The notes: generated from the sequence alone by a model not told the origin. DNA of 64,000 nt from Synergistaceae bacterium (GCA_017451025.1 JAFSSM010000022.1:5420-69419); one strand, 5' to 3'; counted from the first letter of the stretch, positions 1 through 8,395 are shown. A program made the numbers and translations.

Positions 1-1311
1 ACGGAATGGGGGCAGTTCCTCAGGAAAGTTTTTGTGAGGCCGTCAGGCAAGCCCGAGACCAAATGGGACCCTAAGCAGGAAAAGCATGTGCTCACAGGCA
101 GGCCGGAATTTCTGCCCGACTTCAAGCTCATCAAGGAAGTGCAGAAGATGTGCGGTTACATCATGTTCACGGACAACCGGTTAGAGAAATGTTTTTTTCT
201 GTTAGGGCGCGGCGGAAACGGCAAGTCAACCTTCATGCAGATACTCGAAGAAGTTTTCGGGAGTGAGTTTGTTACCCATTTGCGGCCTGACAGGTTATCC
301 AGCCAGTTTGACCCGATAGTCCTCCGCAATTCCATTCTGAATATCTGCCACGAGTCCGCGCGCAACTTGGCCGGAGCCGAAGAGACACTGAAGGCGGCGA
401 TAAGCGGCAACCCGATAATGGCAAGCTACAAGGGAGTTGACGTAGAGAGTTTCAAGTCCCGGGCCAAGTGGTTCATAGCGGGCAACAGCCTTATAGACAT
501 TCAGGATGTGTCGGATGCGTTCACGAGAAGGATGATTTTCGTACCCTTCCTCAACACGTTCAAGGACGAAAACCTTGACGTGAATCTGCTCGACAAGCTC
601 CGCGCGGAACTGCCTATTATCTTCAACTGGTGCTACAGAGGATATTTGCTGTTGAAGGCAGGCGAAACGTTCCACGACACGGAAGGGCAGTCGCAGTTGA
701 GATTGAGGATGAGGGAGCATTCCGACCACACGATAACGTTTGTGCGCGAGTACTTCCTTGACGGCGATGTGCTGGATGCTGACGGCGTGGAGTGCAACGA
801 CGGCAAGAAGATACTCACGGAATACCCGACGGAAAAGACGATGTATATCTGGTACTGCAACTGGTGCAAGGCGAGCAACATAGAGCCTCTGCCCAGACCG
901 CAGGCCATTGAACGGATAAACGATGCCATCGAAGAATTTGTGCCTGGCATAACCCTGACGGACCTGACCGACAACAGGACGGGCCGGACCCGCAGGTACT
1001 ATGTTATGAGGGACTTCGACATGATGAACCTGTGGCACTTCGACGAGGCATCTCAGGCGAAAATTGCGTCCATGGTAGCGATTACCTCCCATGCTATAGA
1101 TGACACCCCCGAGAGCGGAGCGGAGGATAACGGCATTGCCTGCCGTGCCTCAGCTCCCGTACAGGGGGGGGATGTTCCGGCCAAGTCAGGACAGATGACG
1201 ATAATGTATGAGCCTGGCGCGGACCTGGACGAGGATGCAGACAATGAGATTACCCCGCCCGACGGACAGTACGGAACCGGAGGTAATGACAGTCCCAAAA
1301 TTCCCTTCTGA
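1..1311 (+). CDS. Phage/plasmid primase, P4-family C-terminal NTPase domain (5' end outside window)
   Basis: The frame is open back to the window edge. Walker A GRGGNGKST is followed by a D5/P4-type helicase-like region. Confidence 0.8.
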   Translation, partial: TEWGQFLRKVFVRPSGKPETKWDPKQEKHVLTGRPEFLPDFKLIKEVQKMCGYIMFTDNRLEKCFFLLGRGGNGKSTFMQILEEVFGSEFVTHLRPDRLSSQFDPIVLRNSILNICHESARNLAGAEETLKAAISGNPIMASYKGVDVESFKSRAKWFIAGNSLIDIQDVSDAFTRRMIFVPFLNTFKDENLDVNLLDKLRAELPIIFNWCYRGYLLLKAGETFHDTEGQSQLRLRMREHSDHTITFVREYFLDGDVLDADGVECNDGKKILTEYPTEKTMYIWYCNWCKASNIEPLPRPQAIERINDAIEEFVPGITLTDLTDNRTGRTRRYYVMRDFDMMNLWHFDEASQAKIASMVAITSHAIDDTPESGAEDNGIACRASAPVQGGDVPAKSGQMTIMYEPGADLDEDADNEITPPDGQYGTGGNDSPKIPF

Positions 1312-1561
1312 GACTGCCGGATTGACGGGGAAAAGATTACACGGTTCACGGCGCACCTGCCCCCATCAAGGCATTACGGGTTGAAAAGTAGAGAGTTCAT
1401 AGCGTAATGAAGTCATGGGCCGTGTAACAAATTACCTGCTCTGCCATTAAGACGTGGTATGCCTCCAATTAGAGGCCCGGAACGCCATATCACGGTCAGC
1501 CTGTGTGCAGTGCAGGGCAGGCAGTAATTATTTTCAGAAAGAAGGAACGTGAGGAAATACG

Positions 1562-1732
1562 ATGTATCAGGCAAGCGAAACGCGCAATGTAACGCAGAGG
1601 CATTTGGACATGGCGTGCAACGAGCTGGCGCGTGCAATCCAGGCACTGCGTTACGGGGATGCATACACCCAGCAGGTAGAGGCAGAGCGTGCAGAAGGAG
1701 TACTTGACGCTGTGCTCGGAAGGGTGTGGTAA
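1562..1732 (+). CDS. Small hypothetical protein (56 aa), below the ORF-track cutoff
   Basis: ATG with GTGAGGA 7 nt upstream. Translation MYQASETRNVTQRHLDMACNELARAIQALRYGDAYTQQVEAERAEGVLDAVLGRVW. Stop lies 2 nt before the next ATG. Confidence 0.4.
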   Translation: MYQASETRNVTQRHLDMACNELARAIQALRYGDAYTQQVEAERAEGVLDAVLGRVW

Positions 1733-1734
1733 AC

Positions 1735-2277
1735 ATGGAAGAGATTGACCCGATGGAACTGCGGATGCGCCGTCTCAAGCTGGGCATAGCGGCGGACGTA
1801 ATCTCCCGTGAACTGGGATTTTCGAGCTCGCACATTGCCAGGGTAGAGACAGGGTGCGCAAAACCCCGCAAGGCTACGCTCACAGCTTATGCCAAACTGC
1901 TGGACGAACTGGAAGCAGGGACAAAGAGATTGGTCACGTCAGTGCGTTCACTGCCCCTCACTTATCCCAGAACGCGGTCCATACAGCCCGCCATGCCTGA
2001 GCAGGCAAGGCAGGACACGGCATCTCAGCAGCTCCCTTTGTTCAAGGATGAGGACCCGAAACTTGACCCGCTTCTTGCCGGCACGGAACCCTCGCTTGAA
2101 ACGATTTACGCGCTGGGAGTACTGAGACGCTCGCTCAACATAAACATCCACGTAGCGGCCCGTGAAATCGATACGACGGGAGCAATGCTTCTCGGCAAGG
2201 AACTGGGAGAGCAGAAGTCGACGCTCTGCGAAGTGAAGAAGCTGCTGGAATATTACGCACGGCATGTTGCAGGATAG
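1735..2277 (+). CDS. XRE-type HTH protein, two HTH modules
   Basis: MELRMRRLKLGIAADVISRELGFSSSHIARVETG and LGVLRRSLNINIHVAAREIDTTGAMLLGKELG. ATG at 1735 preferred over GTG at 1726. Confidence 0.65.
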   Translation: MEEIDPMELRMRRLKLGIAADVISRELGFSSSHIARVETGCAKPRKATLTAYAKLLDELEAGTKRLVTSVRSLPLTYPRTRSIQPAMPEQARQDTASQQLPLFKDEDPKLDPLLAGTEPSLETIYALGVLRRSLNINIHVAAREIDTTGAMLLGKELGEQKSTLCEVKKLLEYYARHVAG

Positions 2278-2289
2278 GAGGTGTTGATT

Positions 2290-2751
2290 ATGACGGGCAA
2301 GGATTTGCGCATGAAACGTATTAATCTGGGAGTGAAGCGTGATTACCTGGCGGCGTGTGTCGGAGTATGCATGAGCACCCTCAACCACATAGAGACAGGT
2401 ATAACGCCGATGCATAAGCCGCATTCCCAAAAGTACCTTCATGTGCTTGAAGACATCGAGAACGGCGTAATAGCTGTGCCGGATGACGCGAGATACAACC
2501 TGCCGGTAATGCTTGCGAACAAGCGGCGGTATGAGCCGAAACTGTCTGACGATGAAGTATTGGCACTGCGTGAATGGCGGCTTAAGCTGAACTTGTCGCA
2601 GATGAATGTAGCGCGTGCACTGGGAGTGAATTTGCACTACGTGTGCCAGCGTGAATTGGGGTATACGGCAATGACGCGGGAGGAAGCGAGGCATTTCCGC
2701 AAGTACTACTGCAAAGTAGAGAAGGAGCGCGGGGAATGCCAGACATCTTAG
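2290..2751 (+). CDS. XRE-type HTH protein, two HTH modules
   Basis: LRMKRINLGVKRDYLAACVGVCMSTLNHIETG and LREWRLKLNLSQMNVARALGVNLHYVCQRELG. GGAGG lies 9 nt before the ATG at 2290. Confidence 0.65.
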   Translation: MTGKDLRMKRINLGVKRDYLAACVGVCMSTLNHIETGITPMHKPHSQKYLHVLEDIENGVIAVPDDARYNLPVMLANKRRYEPKLSDDEVLALREWRLKLNLSQMNVARALGVNLHYVCQRELGYTAMTREEARHFRKYYCKVEKERGECQTS

Positions 2752-3614
2752 CACTGCGGGATGAGCGGCTTGAACTGGGTATAACGCAGATGGACGTTGC
2801 GGAAGCAGTCGGTGTTCATGTATCAACTGTCAACAGGTGGGAGACCCTCCAATGCAATCCGACACGCAGACATCTTTGCGCGTACATGTATGCTGTTAAG
2901 GTATGGGCCCGCAATTCAGGGCAGAGGGAGCGGAAGTATCTGCCTCTGCCTCGTGAGGCCGCGGATGTTCCTTTTGTGAGTGAGATTGAGGCTTTGGATT
3001 TGAGAGCCAGGCTCCGGAGAATGGGACTGACTGACCTGGACGTAGCGGCATTGTGGAACGTGAAGAGGTCTACAGCCGGAGGCAAGCTGAACGGCTGGTG
3101 CCGGATGAGAGTGAAAGAGCACACGCAAGGGTTGAATTATCTGTATGAACTTCAGCGTGAGGTCAGGATATTGAAGGAGAGTGTGTACAAGAGGGCAAGG
3201 TGGATGCTGTGGAATTACGCGCAGAGGATGGACAAGCTGAGTGCACTGCGGTGTATGTTAGCGTACCAGCGTGCAGACATGGACTGCCAGGCGCAGAAAT
3301 ATGGAGGTTCACGTCCGAGTGCCGGGAGTTATTCGGACCCTGTAGCGCGGCGTTACGCGGTAATTGAGAGCACGGAACGTGCGGTGCACAGCCTGGAGGA
3401 AAGGGTAATGCCTGTTCACGAAGTGTACATGTCGTTGAAGAACTCGATGAATGAGAACGAGCGCGAAATGTTCCTGATAATGGAGCGTGTGTTTATGTCT
3501 CATGATTCGATTGAACATGTGAGCGCGGACACAGGGAAGAGTGTACGGACGTTGTACCGGCGGAAGTTCGACCTTATCCAGCGCGTAGGCGAGGTGTTAG
3601 GGGATAGGGATTAG
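2736..3614 (+). CDS. HTH protein with ArpU/RinA-like (sigma region-4-like) C-terminus; candidate late-gene activator
   Basis: N-terminal HTH LRDERLELGITQMDVAEAVGVHVSTVNRWETL. C-terminus EREMFLIMERVFMSHDSIEHVSADTGKSVRTLYRRKFDLIQRV. It sits just upstream of the packaging genes. Confidence 0.5.
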   Translation: MPDILALRDERLELGITQMDVAEAVGVHVSTVNRWETLQCNPTRRHLCAYMYAVKVWARNSGQRERKYLPLPREAADVPFVSEIEALDLRARLRRMGLTDLDVAALWNVKRSTAGGKLNGWCRMRVKEHTQGLNYLYELQREVRILKESVYKRARWMLWNYAQRMDKLSALRCMLAYQRADMDCQAQKYGGSRPSAGSYSDPVARRYAVIESTERAVHSLEERVMPVHEVYMSLKNSMNENEREMFLIMERVFMSHDSIEHVSADTGKSVRTLYRRKFDLIQRVGEVLGDRD

Positions 3615-3648
3615 GGGTGAGGAAATTGGCAGAAAAAGGTGTGAAAGG

Positions 3649-3657
3649 TGATATAAT
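3649..3657 (+). promoter_or_regulatory. Extended -10 promoter element TGATATAAT (candidate late promoter)
   Basis: Exact TGnTATAAT match on the plus strand 250 nt upstream of the first Lar-like ORF. No good -35. Confidence 0.4.
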
Positions 3658-3910
3658 GAGTTACACTCACGTAGTTTCTATTTTCACGAGGAAAGTCAGC
3701 CCGATTTTCCACTTCTTTCTGACCGTTACTTCATCAAGAGGACAAAGGGTCGTATGTGAAAGTATGGCCCTGACTCCTATTTCCTCTGCCCTCCCTGTCC
3801 CCTGCCAAAAGGTACTGGGAACGGGGGGCGGTGCGGGTGCGCTAGAGGCTAGCGAGGCCCGATTCCTCTTTAGTTACAGGCAAAAAAAGTTTTGAGGAGG
3901 CATAAAACAG

Positions 3911-4090
3911 ATGGCGTGCCACAAGTGCCAGGAAGGCGGCCCGGTAATCATTCAATGTGCCCTCAAGAAATGGTATGCACAATGCAGTAATTGCGGCTGG
4001 TCAACGCCACATTTTGACGGTGCAGGCCAGGCGTTAGAGTTTTGGAACAGGAGGAAAGACAATGCAGGAAGAGCAGAAGGGGAAAATTAA
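3911..4090 (+). CDS. Lar-like zinc-ribbon protein, paralog 1 (59 aa, below ORF-track cutoff)
   Basis: GAGGAGG lies 10 nt before the ATG. Translation MACHKCQEGG...CSNCGW...ALEFWNRR (CxxC...CxxC, then A-x-x-x-W-N-R-R). Confidence 0.6.
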   Translation: MACHKCQEGGPVIIQCALKKWYAQCSNCGWSTPHFDGAGQALEFWNRRKDNAGRAEGEN

Positions 4091-4277
4091 GCTGAAGCCG
4101 TGTCCGTTTTGCGGCGGTTCCGGAACGCTGACGGCATGGAGCGACCCTAACGGGGTAATCTCTGCACATATACACTGTGATAAGTGCGGAGTAACGGGAC
4201 CGTTCATGAAGACGATTGAGGACGCGGCGGACATGTGGAACACGCGCGATACGGACCGGAGGACGCAGAATGAGTAA
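4062..4277 (+). CDS. Lar-like zinc-ribbon protein, paralog 2
   Basis: KPCPFCGG...CDKCG...AADMWNTR. Overlaps paralog 1 by 29 nt. Confidence 0.7.
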   Translation: MQEEQKGKIKLKPCPFCGGSGTLTAWSDPNGVISAHIHCDKCGVTGPFMKTIEDAADMWNTRDTDRRTQNE

Positions 4278-4449
4278 AAGAACGCTGAAGCCCTGTCCGT
4301 TCTGCGGCGGGCACGCGGAAGTAACGACGAGCTACGAGTATGAAGAAAGTTATCACGCTGTGTGCGAGGACTGCAAGGCACGTTCCGGGTGGTGCCGCAC
4401 GCCTGAGGATGCACGAAAATTGTGGAACATGAGGCCGGAAATATGGTAG
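4270..4449 (+). CDS. Lar-like zinc-ribbon protein, paralog 3
   Basis: Internal ATG at 4270 gives MSKRTLKPCPFCGG...CEDC...ARKLWNMR. Overlaps paralog 2 by 8 nt. Confidence 0.7.
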   Translation: MSKRTLKPCPFCGGHAEVTTSYEYEESYHAVCEDCKARSGWCRTPEDARKLWNMRPEIW

Positions 4450-4655
4450 ACACTGAAGAATTGATGCCCTGCCCTGAATGCGGGTCCAGGCCGGAAGTCA
4501 AAGCATGGGGCAATGGCTATATCGTGGAATGCCTTGTGTGTCATTCATGCTTAGGCGATGAATTCAAGGAAGATGCAACGGGCTGTTTTGAGCCGTTTGA
4601 CAGCGTGGAGCAGGCAATAGCAGGCTGGAATTACTATACGGAGCTGTGGGTATGA
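4443..4655 (+). CDS. Lar-like zinc-ribbon protein, paralog 4 (diverged)
   Basis: MVDTEELMPCPECGS...CLVCHSC...AIAGWNYY. Overlaps paralog 3 by 7 nt. Confidence 0.6.
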   Translation: MVDTEELMPCPECGSRPEVKAWGNGYIVECLVCHSCLGDEFKEDATGCFEPFDSVEQAIAGWNYYTELWV

Positions 4656-4864
4656 GTGAAAAACTGAAACCCTGCCCGTTTTGCGGCGGAAAGCCTCACA
4701 TTTTGGATGACCTGCCTGAATACTGCGATGTGGAACATCCTGGATACTACGTGTATTGCCCGAAAGATAGTCTTTACTTTGGGTATACCGAAGCCTTTGG
4801 CGGGGAATTTAGCACAGAACGTGAGGCAGTCCGTGCGTGGAACCGGAGGGTGAATCATGGCTAA
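4652..4864 (+). CDS. Lar-like zinc-ribbon protein, paralog 5
   Basis: MSEKLKPCPFCGG...AVRAWNRR. ATGA start/stop overlap with paralog 4. Confidence 0.7.
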   Translation: MSEKLKPCPFCGGKPHILDDLPEYCDVEHPGYYVYCPKDSLYFGYTEAFGGEFSTEREAVRAWNRRVNHG

Positions 4865-5084
4865 GACTAGTCCGCATTGCCAGAACAGCAACGGTCCCGA
4901 AAACACGTTGATATGGTGGTGCGATATACCCGGCGAGGAAATAGCCATAACCCGCCGTATAGTAGAGAACTCACCTGCCCTGTACGGCATAGTGAAGTCA
5001 ATTGTGAAGTCCGGACCCGGCGGCAGTGTAATAGCTGAAGCTCGGGAAGTGCTGAAGCTGATAGAGGAGGGTAATAATGCCTGA
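4857..5084 (+). CDS. Hypothetical protein inside the Lar-like array (no zinc ribbon)
   Basis: 75-aa ORF overlapping both neighbours by 8 nt. No recognisable motif. Confidence 0.4.
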   Translation: MAKTSPHCQNSNGPENTLIWWCDIPGEEIAITRRIVENSPALYGIVKSIVKSGPGGSVIAEAREVLKLIEEGNNA

Positions 5085-5439
5085 ATTAAAGCCCTGTCCG
5101 TTCTGCGGGCATGAAGTGCAAATGTCATATCGAGATGTCCAAATCTATTGGGCAGAGCCCGGCCAAGTTGCTCGTGTCTGGGAGATAAAGTGTCCTGAAT
5201 GCGGCGCGCACATGGAAGACCACTACGAACACCACCTCTATGATAAATGGAACGGATTAACGCGCCTGGACCGGTGCCCGATATGCGGGGATTACATCCG
5301 GCGGATAGAACCGTACGAGGATTACGATGAAGGCACATATTATTATGTGGAATGCCGGAAATGCGGGCTGAGCACGCGGAAATTCTCTGACTCGATGGAA
5401 GCGCGGGTGTTTTGGAATGCCAGGCACGGACGGGGTTAA
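5077..5439 (+). CDS. Lar-like protein with two zinc-ribbon modules, paralog 6
   Basis: Module 1 is KPCPFCGH...CPECG...LYDKWNGL. Module 2 is CPICG...CRKCG...ARVFWNAR. Confidence 0.65.
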   Translation: MPELKPCPFCGHEVQMSYRDVQIYWAEPGQVARVWEIKCPECGAHMEDHYEHHLYDKWNGLTRLDRCPICGDYIRRIEPYEDYDEGTYYYVECRKCGLSTRKFSDSMEARVFWNARHGRG

Positions 5440-5475
5440 ACACTGACCGTTTCGCGGTGAAGCAGCAAGGAAATT

Positions 5476-5772
5476 ATGAACGTAACACAAAACGCAGACC
5501 TGATTGAAGCCAAAACCAGATTAACCAACATCAAGGCAGACCAGGCCGCTTTGAAATTAAAGATTATGCAGGGAGAATTTGTTTCCATTGCTGAAGTGAA
5601 CAAACAGCAGGCAGAAGCTATTTCGCGGGTCCGTACTAAAATGCTCGCAATCCCTGCAAAATTATCACGCAAACTTTCAGGGCAGGAGTTCTCTCCTCAG
5701 GAAGTAAACGTCATTCTGACTGAGGCAGTCAACGAAGCCTTAAACGAACTGGCTGGTGAAACACAGGCATGA
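5476..5772 (+). CDS. Terminase small subunit, Nu1 C-terminal-like (no N-terminal wHTH)
   Basis: Sits immediately upstream of, and overlaps, the GpA-type large terminase. KTRLTNIKADQAALKLKIMQGEFVSIAEV...AIPAKLSRKL resembles the Nu1 C-terminal half. Confidence 0.55.
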   Translation: MNVTQNADLIEAKTRLTNIKADQAALKLKIMQGEFVSIAEVNKQQAEAISRVRTKMLAIPAKLSRKLSGQEFSPQEVNVILTEAVNEALNELAGETQA

Positions 5773-7562
5773 ACTTTGAGCTGTTCCGTCCTCCTCCAGA
5801 ATTAAGCATCTCGGAATGGGCTGACGAATACCGTTATCTTTCTGCAGAAGGCAGTCCGGAACCCGGCAAATGGTCAACCTCGCGTGCTCCCTACCAGCGC
5901 GCAATGATGGATGCCGTCAAATCCCACGAACGCGTAGTAATTATGACGGCGGCACAGGTCGGCAAAAGCGAGATACTCCTTAACACAATAGGCTACTACA
6001 TTCATTATGAGCCATGCCCGATGTTAATGGTTCAGCCCACGCTCGAGATGGGCAAAGACTTCTCCAAGAAAAAATTCACTCCAATGTTACGCGATACACC
6101 CGTGTTATCCTGCCTAATCGACCTCAAGGCACGGACTAAGGACAACAATATTCTGGATAAACGTTTCGGCAATTCAGCGATAGTGTGCATAGCGGGAGCA
6201 AATTCCCCTGCAGGCCTCGCAAGCAGGTCAATACGGATACTTCTGCTAGACGAGACAGACAGGTACCCTCCGAGTGCAGGCAATGAAGGAGACCCTATCT
6301 CGTTAGCCATGAAGCGCACCACGAATTTTTGGAACCGCAAGATAATTCAGGTAAGCACACCCACGCACAAAAATTCACCGATTTCTGAGGCGTTCGAACT
6401 TTCCAGCAAAAACGAATGGACCGTACCCTGCCCTAAATGCGGGAAATATCAGCCGTATATCTGGGACAATTTCCTTTACCGTGAACGTACTGAACCCGTA
6501 ATGAAGTGCCAGTATTGCGGCCAGGAGAGTGCGGAGCGCGAGTGGAAGCGCGGCACCGGGAAATGGGAGCAGGGCTGTGAATCGGACATAGCGGGTTTCC
6601 ACATGAATGCATTTGCTTCACCGTGGGTAACTTGGCCGGAACTTGTGGCTAATTACTTTGAGGCGTATTCATACGGTGAAGAGAAACTGAAGGTGTGGAT
6701 AAACACTGTGCTGGGAGAACCGTACGAGAACCCTGAAGGGGTAATTGAAATAGAGAGCATTCACGAGAACTGCGAGGAGTACGGAGCGCAGGTACCGGAT
6801 GAAGTGTTAGTGCTGACGTGCGGAGTGGACACGCAGGATGACCGTTTGGAGCTTGAAGTAGTAGGCTGGGGGATGGGCAATCAGTCATGGGGAATAGAGT
6901 ACAAGATTTTCTACGGCGATACCAGCCAAAAAGAAGTGTGGGAACAACTCGACAGCTATTTATGCCAGGCGTTCAAGAAAGCAACGGGAGAAGCACTCCT
7001 CGTTTCCTGTACGTGTATAGATTCGGCAGGGCATAACACGGACATGGTGTACCGTTTCTGCCATTCCCGATTGAAGCGGCGGATATTCCCGATAATAGGC
7101 AGAGGGCAGTGGGGCAGGCCGAGCGTAACGAAGCCAAGCCGGAATAACCGTTACCGTGTGCCGTTGTTCACGCTTGGAGTGTCGACGATTAAGGGAATGC
7201 TTCACACGCGGCTGCGAGCCCAAAAAGGACAGGGCGGTTATTGTCATTTTCCGAAGGACAAGGGCACGGGGTATGACGAAATATATTTTGCGGGACTGCT
7301 CAGCGAGCGGATGGTAATGAAGCGTCTCGGGGGGCGTGAGGTGGTACGCTGGGAACAGCGGGACACGAAGACGCGGAATGAACCGTTGGACTGCCGTGTG
7401 TACGCAATCGGAGCGTACGAGATATTCTCGCCGGATTTACGGAAGTATGAAGCAGGGTTGAACGTGAAGCGCAAGCCGGTGAAACACGAGGAAGTTCCGG
7501 CCAAGAAAGAGCAGATAGTGAGAGCACCGAAACGCCGTGTGATAAGGGGGATAATGTGGTAG
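5769..7562 (+). CDS. Terminase large subunit, lambda GpA family
   Basis: 597 aa. N-terminal ELSISEWADEYRYLSAEGSPEPGKWSTSRAPYQRAMMDAV is typical of GpA. Walker A-like AAQVGKSE. Confidence 0.9.
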   Translation: MNFELFRPPPELSISEWADEYRYLSAEGSPEPGKWSTSRAPYQRAMMDAVKSHERVVIMTAAQVGKSEILLNTIGYYIHYEPCPMLMVQPTLEMGKDFSKKKFTPMLRDTPVLSCLIDLKARTKDNNILDKRFGNSAIVCIAGANSPAGLASRSIRILLLDETDRYPPSAGNEGDPISLAMKRTTNFWNRKIIQVSTPTHKNSPISEAFELSSKNEWTVPCPKCGKYQPYIWDNFLYRERTEPVMKCQYCGQESAEREWKRGTGKWEQGCESDIAGFHMNAFASPWVTWPELVANYFEAYSYGEEKLKVWINTVLGEPYENPEGVIEIESIHENCEEYGAQVPDEVLVLTCGVDTQDDRLELEVVGWGMGNQSWGIEYKIFYGDTSQKEVWEQLDSYLCQAFKKATGEALLVSCTCIDSAGHNTDMVYRFCHSRLKRRIFPIIGRGQWGRPSVTKPSRNNRYRVPLFTLGVSTIKGMLHTRLRAQKGQGGYCHFPKDKGTGYDEIYFAGLLSERMVMKRLGGREVVRWEQRDTKTRNEPLDCRVYAIGAYEIFSPDLRKYEAGLNVKRKPVKHEEVPAKKEQIVRAPKRRVIRGIMW

Positions 7563-7593
7563 GGGTTAGTGGTTAGGAAAGGAATGATGTTTT

Positions 7594-7821
7594 ATGACAG
7601 AACGGGAGATGTTAATACAAAGACTGAACCTGTACCAGAAGGCAGAACGAGATGTAACGCTTCACGGCCAGACGGTAGAACTTGAGGGGATGCGGATAAC
7701 ACGAGCAAGCCTTGAAGATTTGCGGAAGGAGATAAGGAACTTGAAGCAGGAACTATCATTGATGGATAAACAGGAAGCACAAAGAAAGAGGAGCCGTATC
7801 CGGGCAATAATTCCATTATGA
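7594..7821 (+). CDS. Head-tail joining protein gpW-like
   Basis: 75-aa ORF between GpA terminase and the lambda-type portal (lambda order Nu1-A-W-B). Confidence 0.6.
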   Translation: MTEREMLIQRLNLYQKAERDVTLHGQTVELEGMRITRASLEDLRKEIRNLKQELSLMDKQEAQRKRSRIRAIIPL

Positions 7822-8066
7822 CATACACGCAGACCACTAAGGAAATAGTTTATGACGACGGATTTTTGGTGAAGGAACATGTGCATGTATCGCTGAAACT
7901 CCGGAGATGTCCGTTTTGCGGCAAGAAGGGGAAAGTTATTCACACATCCGGTGAAGACCAGGCAGACATGATAAGCATTGAGTGTGAGGGATGCGGGGGA
8001 GCGTGCGGGGAATACCTGACGCACGAGGAAGCCGCAGTTGCGTGGAACAGGAGAGCTAGAGGTTAG
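7818..8066 (+). CDS. Lar-like zinc-ribbon protein, paralog 7 (outlying copy)
   Basis: RRCPFCGKKG...CEGCGG...AAVAWNRR. ATGA overlap with the gpW-like ORF. Confidence 0.65.
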   Translation: MTYTQTTKEIVYDDGFLVKEHVHVSLKLRRCPFCGKKGKVIHTSGEDQADMISIECEGCGGACGEYLTHEEAAVAWNRRARG

Positions 8067-8371
8067 CTGGCCTTGACGGCTAAGTACACCTGAACTCCCG
8101 CAACGATTATTGCAGACAGCCCGATAATCCCCCCAAGCAGGAATTGCCAGAATGTCCCGCGCGACGAAAATCCTGAAACGTACGCAACAATTGTATCGGC
8201 TAATCCTTCTGCTTGCCGGGACAACGCTTTGACATCACCGCGTATCTCCGCGATTTCTACACGCATCTGCGATAACTGCGACTGAGTCCTCGCTTCACTG
8301 GCTTCCATTTTTGTCTCCATGCGTTTCATGATTTCGTTGAACATGTCCTTGCGCACATAAACTTCATCCAT
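8063..8371 (-). CDS. Small coiled-coil protein with C-terminal TM anchor (XhlA-like architecture), antisense paralog 1
   Basis: ATG at 8371 with GAGGTG upstream. MDEVYVRKDMFNEIMKRME..., TM FLLGGIIGLSAIIVAGVQVYLAV. Its stop overlaps the Lar-7 stop (TTAG). Confidence 0.65.
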   Translation of the reverse strand: MDEVYVRKDMFNEIMKRMETKMEASEARTQSQLSQMRVEIAEIRGDVKALSRQAEGLADTIVAYVSGFSSRGTFWQFLLGGIIGLSAIIVAGVQVYLAVKAS

Positions 8372-8395
8372 AGTTTTCACCTCTAGATATATTGA

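Noticed and set aside
1154-1161. G8 homopolymer in the primase gene as another phase-variable site
   Set aside because: The tract is in frame (it encodes QGGD) and the ORF is intact on both sides, so there is no evidence of switching. I noted it only because other long G/C tracts in the window do break genes.
1948-2826. 292-aa minus-strand ORF in the early region (and similar ones at 295-1092, 50753-51652, 54417-55274 and 62010-62582)
   Set aside because: Each is antisense to a plus-strand gene with clear family motifs (HTH proteins, primase, copA, pyrH, pepF). The sequences are low-complexity and basic, and there are no ribosome-binding sites.
3617-3895. 92-aa plus-strand ORF in the late leader
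   Set aside because: Its start precedes or overlaps the predicted promoter -10 box. It has no SD and its composition is atypical. I treated the region as a non-coding leader, though a short translated ORF cannot be excluded.
4634-5443. 269-aa minus-strand ORF across the Lar-like array
   Set aside because: It lies antisense to six tightly packed, motif-bearing plus-strand ORFs. It has no recognisable domain or SD, so it is a shadow ORF.
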